A program made the translations under genes and the position numbers. Below, piece by piece: positions 61,788-64,000 of a stretch of DNA of 64,000 nt. The DNA lies in assembly GCF_006345805.1 (NCBI RefSeq), contig NC_043001.1, positions 128,960,001-129,024,000 on the forward strand, read 5' to 3'. The notes under the pieces were generated by a model. That model was not told the origin of the DNA. It saw nothing but the letters and a program-made list of their open reading frames with translations, and searched no databases. The DNA comes from Octopus sinensis. Its lineage: Eukaryota. Within the stretch, counting starts at the first letter, position 1. Each line of letters opens with the position of its first letter.

Positions 61788-62248
61788 TTTGTGTGTGTGC
61801 ATGCATGGGTGTACCTATGTGTATGTGTATATACATACACACATACATACATACATACATACATACACGCACACAGGGATTTGTACTTTTGACCTTTTCA
61901 TTGTCAAAGCAAAAAAGATTAAATCCAATAATACAAAAAGTAACAAAAATACTGTCACACCTTGTGTCTACCTGACAGAAAGGAAACACCTAAAAACTTG
62001 TTTACAAAGTTCTATGTACATGAATAAATTCTAAACAATAACAAAATCCAAAGTTTAATCAATAAAAATTTCTCCAAAACACCTCTCCATAACAATCAAC
62101 CGTAAAAATCTAAGTACAACTCCACTCAAACCCACACACCTGAGGAAAATGGCTTGGGTGACAGAAACTTTGAAGCCATTGTTAATTACATTCTTGTTTA
62201 AAAATAATAAATTTATACTCTACAAAAGTATAGAGCAACCCATCAGAT
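60880..62248. repeat. Pair of ~341-bp direct repeats (60880-61220 and 61907-62248)
   Basis: Two copies of aagcaaaa.gattaaatccaataatac...tagagcaa.ccatcagat differing at only a few scattered positions, separated by ~690 bp. Confidence 0.92.
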
Positions 62249-62307
62249 TAATAAAAAATTGCTTTTATTATAATTAGACATAAAAACAAACAGTAATATA
62301 TATATAT

Positions 62308-62367
<60 letters not shown>

Positions 62368-62371
<4 letters not shown>

Positions 62372-62739
62372 AATTATAAGCATAATTATAATTAGGGTTC
62401 AGCAAAAATTGCTTCACCACATACTGAAATTTAGAATAGCTGTTAAATACTATTCCACTACCATAAGATATCTCCCAGACAGTAATACTCTCAACTCACA
62501 CCGGTAAAGAGGAAAAAATAACAAATCCACCCGGCTTTGATTAACTCAGAACGTGTATATGGTTAATCAAAGCCGGGTGGATTTGTTATTTTTCCTCTTT
62601 ACCTGTGTGAGTTGAGAGTATTACTGTCTGGGAGATATCTTATGGTAGTGAAATAGTATTTAACTGCTATTTCTAAATTTCGGTATGTGGTGAAGCAATT
62701 TTTGCTGAACCCTAATTATAATTATGCTTACAATTATAG
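62368..62739. mobile_element. 372-bp foldback element / long palindrome
   Basis: Arms 62368-62545 and 62562-62739 (178 bp each, few mismatches), 16-nt spacer TCAGAACGTGTATATG. Confidence 0.92.
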
Positions 62740-62861
62740 AATTTTTGTATAAGGTTACCGATAATGGTTCTTTAAATATACCGAACTACTTATTAAAATT
62801 ATTAATTTTACACTTTATTATTATAATAATTATTATTATTATTATAATTATTATTATATAT

Positions 62862-63180
62862 GTTAGTTAGTTATTTAGTTAGTTAATTTTTTGGCTCAAA
62901 CAGCAAAAAGCAAGGCCATGTAGGGGGACATGGAGTTATGTACAGGGTGGTGTTCATGCAAAGAGTTCAGGCCATTTGTGGTCAAGGGAGACTTTGAACC
63001 GAGCGGTCGTCGGCATCTTCACTATCTTGTCCGGCAGCTTATTCCACGGATCCGCAACCCAGACAGAGAAAGCCCCTCTCCTTCGATTGAGATGAAATCG
63101 TCGCAGATAGAGCTTTTCGGAGTGACCCCGCAGCCGACGCTCTGGAGCAAGAGTGAAGAACAGCTCTTTCGAGGATATAT
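62862..63180 (-). mobile_element. CR1-clade LINE 3' end
   Basis: KELFFTLAPERRLRGHSEKLYLRRFHLNRRRGAFSVWVADPWNKLPDKIVKMPTTARFKVSLDHKWPELFA* carries the CR1 C-terminal RGH, WN.LP and FK..LD motifs; short UTR and (AACT)n tail. Confidence 0.88.
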
Positions 63181-63616
63181 ATATAATTTTGTATGTGTAA
63201 CATAACAATTTAGGAAAAAACCGCATTGGTTTCATATTATTAATATATATATATATATTAATTATTTTGGTGAAGTCAGACTCTTGCTGCTCAGCTCAAA
63301 TCAGTCTCTCACCTGTGGGTGCATGGGTGCACATGCTCTTCAAGCACATAATAACTTGCCTGAGGAACCTATGCACCTACAGTTGAAACTCATAGTAGCA
63401 AGAGACTGACTGGATCAAAATTAAATATCATTTTTGTCTACAATGATATTGAGCACTCTTTTTTTCTGGCAGTCAACACTAAACAGATATATGTGTGCAT
63501 GTGCGTGCATGTGTATGTATATGTATGTATACTTTATGTATATAAATGTTGATATTCAATGCTTGTTACAGCTGGAACAAAACAATGATGATGTTGACAT
63601 TATGGCTGATTAACCT

Positions 63617-63885
63617 GTTTCTTTACTACCCACAAGGCGCTAAACACAGAGGGGACAAACAAGGACAGACAAACGGATTAAGTCGATTACATCGACGCCA
63701 GTGCATAACTGGTACTTAATTTATCAACCCCGAAAGGATGAAAGGCAAAGTCGACCTTGGCGGAATTTGAACTCAGAACGTAATGGCAGACGAAATACCT
63801 ATTTCTTTACTACCCACAAGGGGCTAAGCACAGAGAGGACAAACAAGGACAGACAAAGGGATTAAGTCGATTAGATCGACCCCAA
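63617..63885 (-). mobile_element. Dimeric SINE family A fragments
   Basis: Two partial copies joined at AAAGAAATAGGTATTTCGTCTGC (~63785-63810), the same junction as at 59826 and 60010. Confidence 0.88.
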
Positions 63886-64000
63886 TGCTTGGTTGGTTGG
63901 TTGGCATCCTTTCTGTCTTGGGAGACAATGGAGTTGCGCATGAAGTAGTCTAGTCTGGCTTTTATATTTCATGTCCTGATACATTTCCTGCTGTGGCTGT

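Overview
AT-rich, microsatellite-saturated eukaryotic DNA. The SINE families and SSR density point to an octopod cephalopod; this is an inference from remembered repeat sequences, not a database match. No complete protein-coding gene is recognisable. Nearly all listed ORFs are translations of simple repeats. A few isolated minus-strand exon candidates (best: 25090-25200) suggest the window may lie within long introns of an unidentified gene. Most of the window is mobile DNA: five tRNA-headed or RTE-tailed SINE families (local labels A-E), RTE/BovB, CR1 and R4/Dong-like retrotransposon fragments, a decayed 2.1-kb IR/DR-type Tc1 element, a mariner remnant, hAT- and piggyBac-type MITEs, and Helitron/Helentron ends. 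The most notable unexpected signal is a set of six hammerhead-ribozyme-like motifs in at least four different non-coding repeats. One, at 41348-41409 (-), has a perfect catalytic core and three closed helices; the others resemble minimal Penelope-type hammerheads. Other highlights: a 129-bp x9 tandem array growing out of a SINE 3' half; three different TAA-targeting retrotransposon ends stacked head-to-tail; a SINE flanked by a 55-bp duplication; two 'leader + terminal hairpin' insertions with 9-10 bp TSDs; a 372-bp near-perfect palindrome; an orphan tRNA-Ala 3' half with its terminator; and a 27-bp codon-periodic minisatellite.
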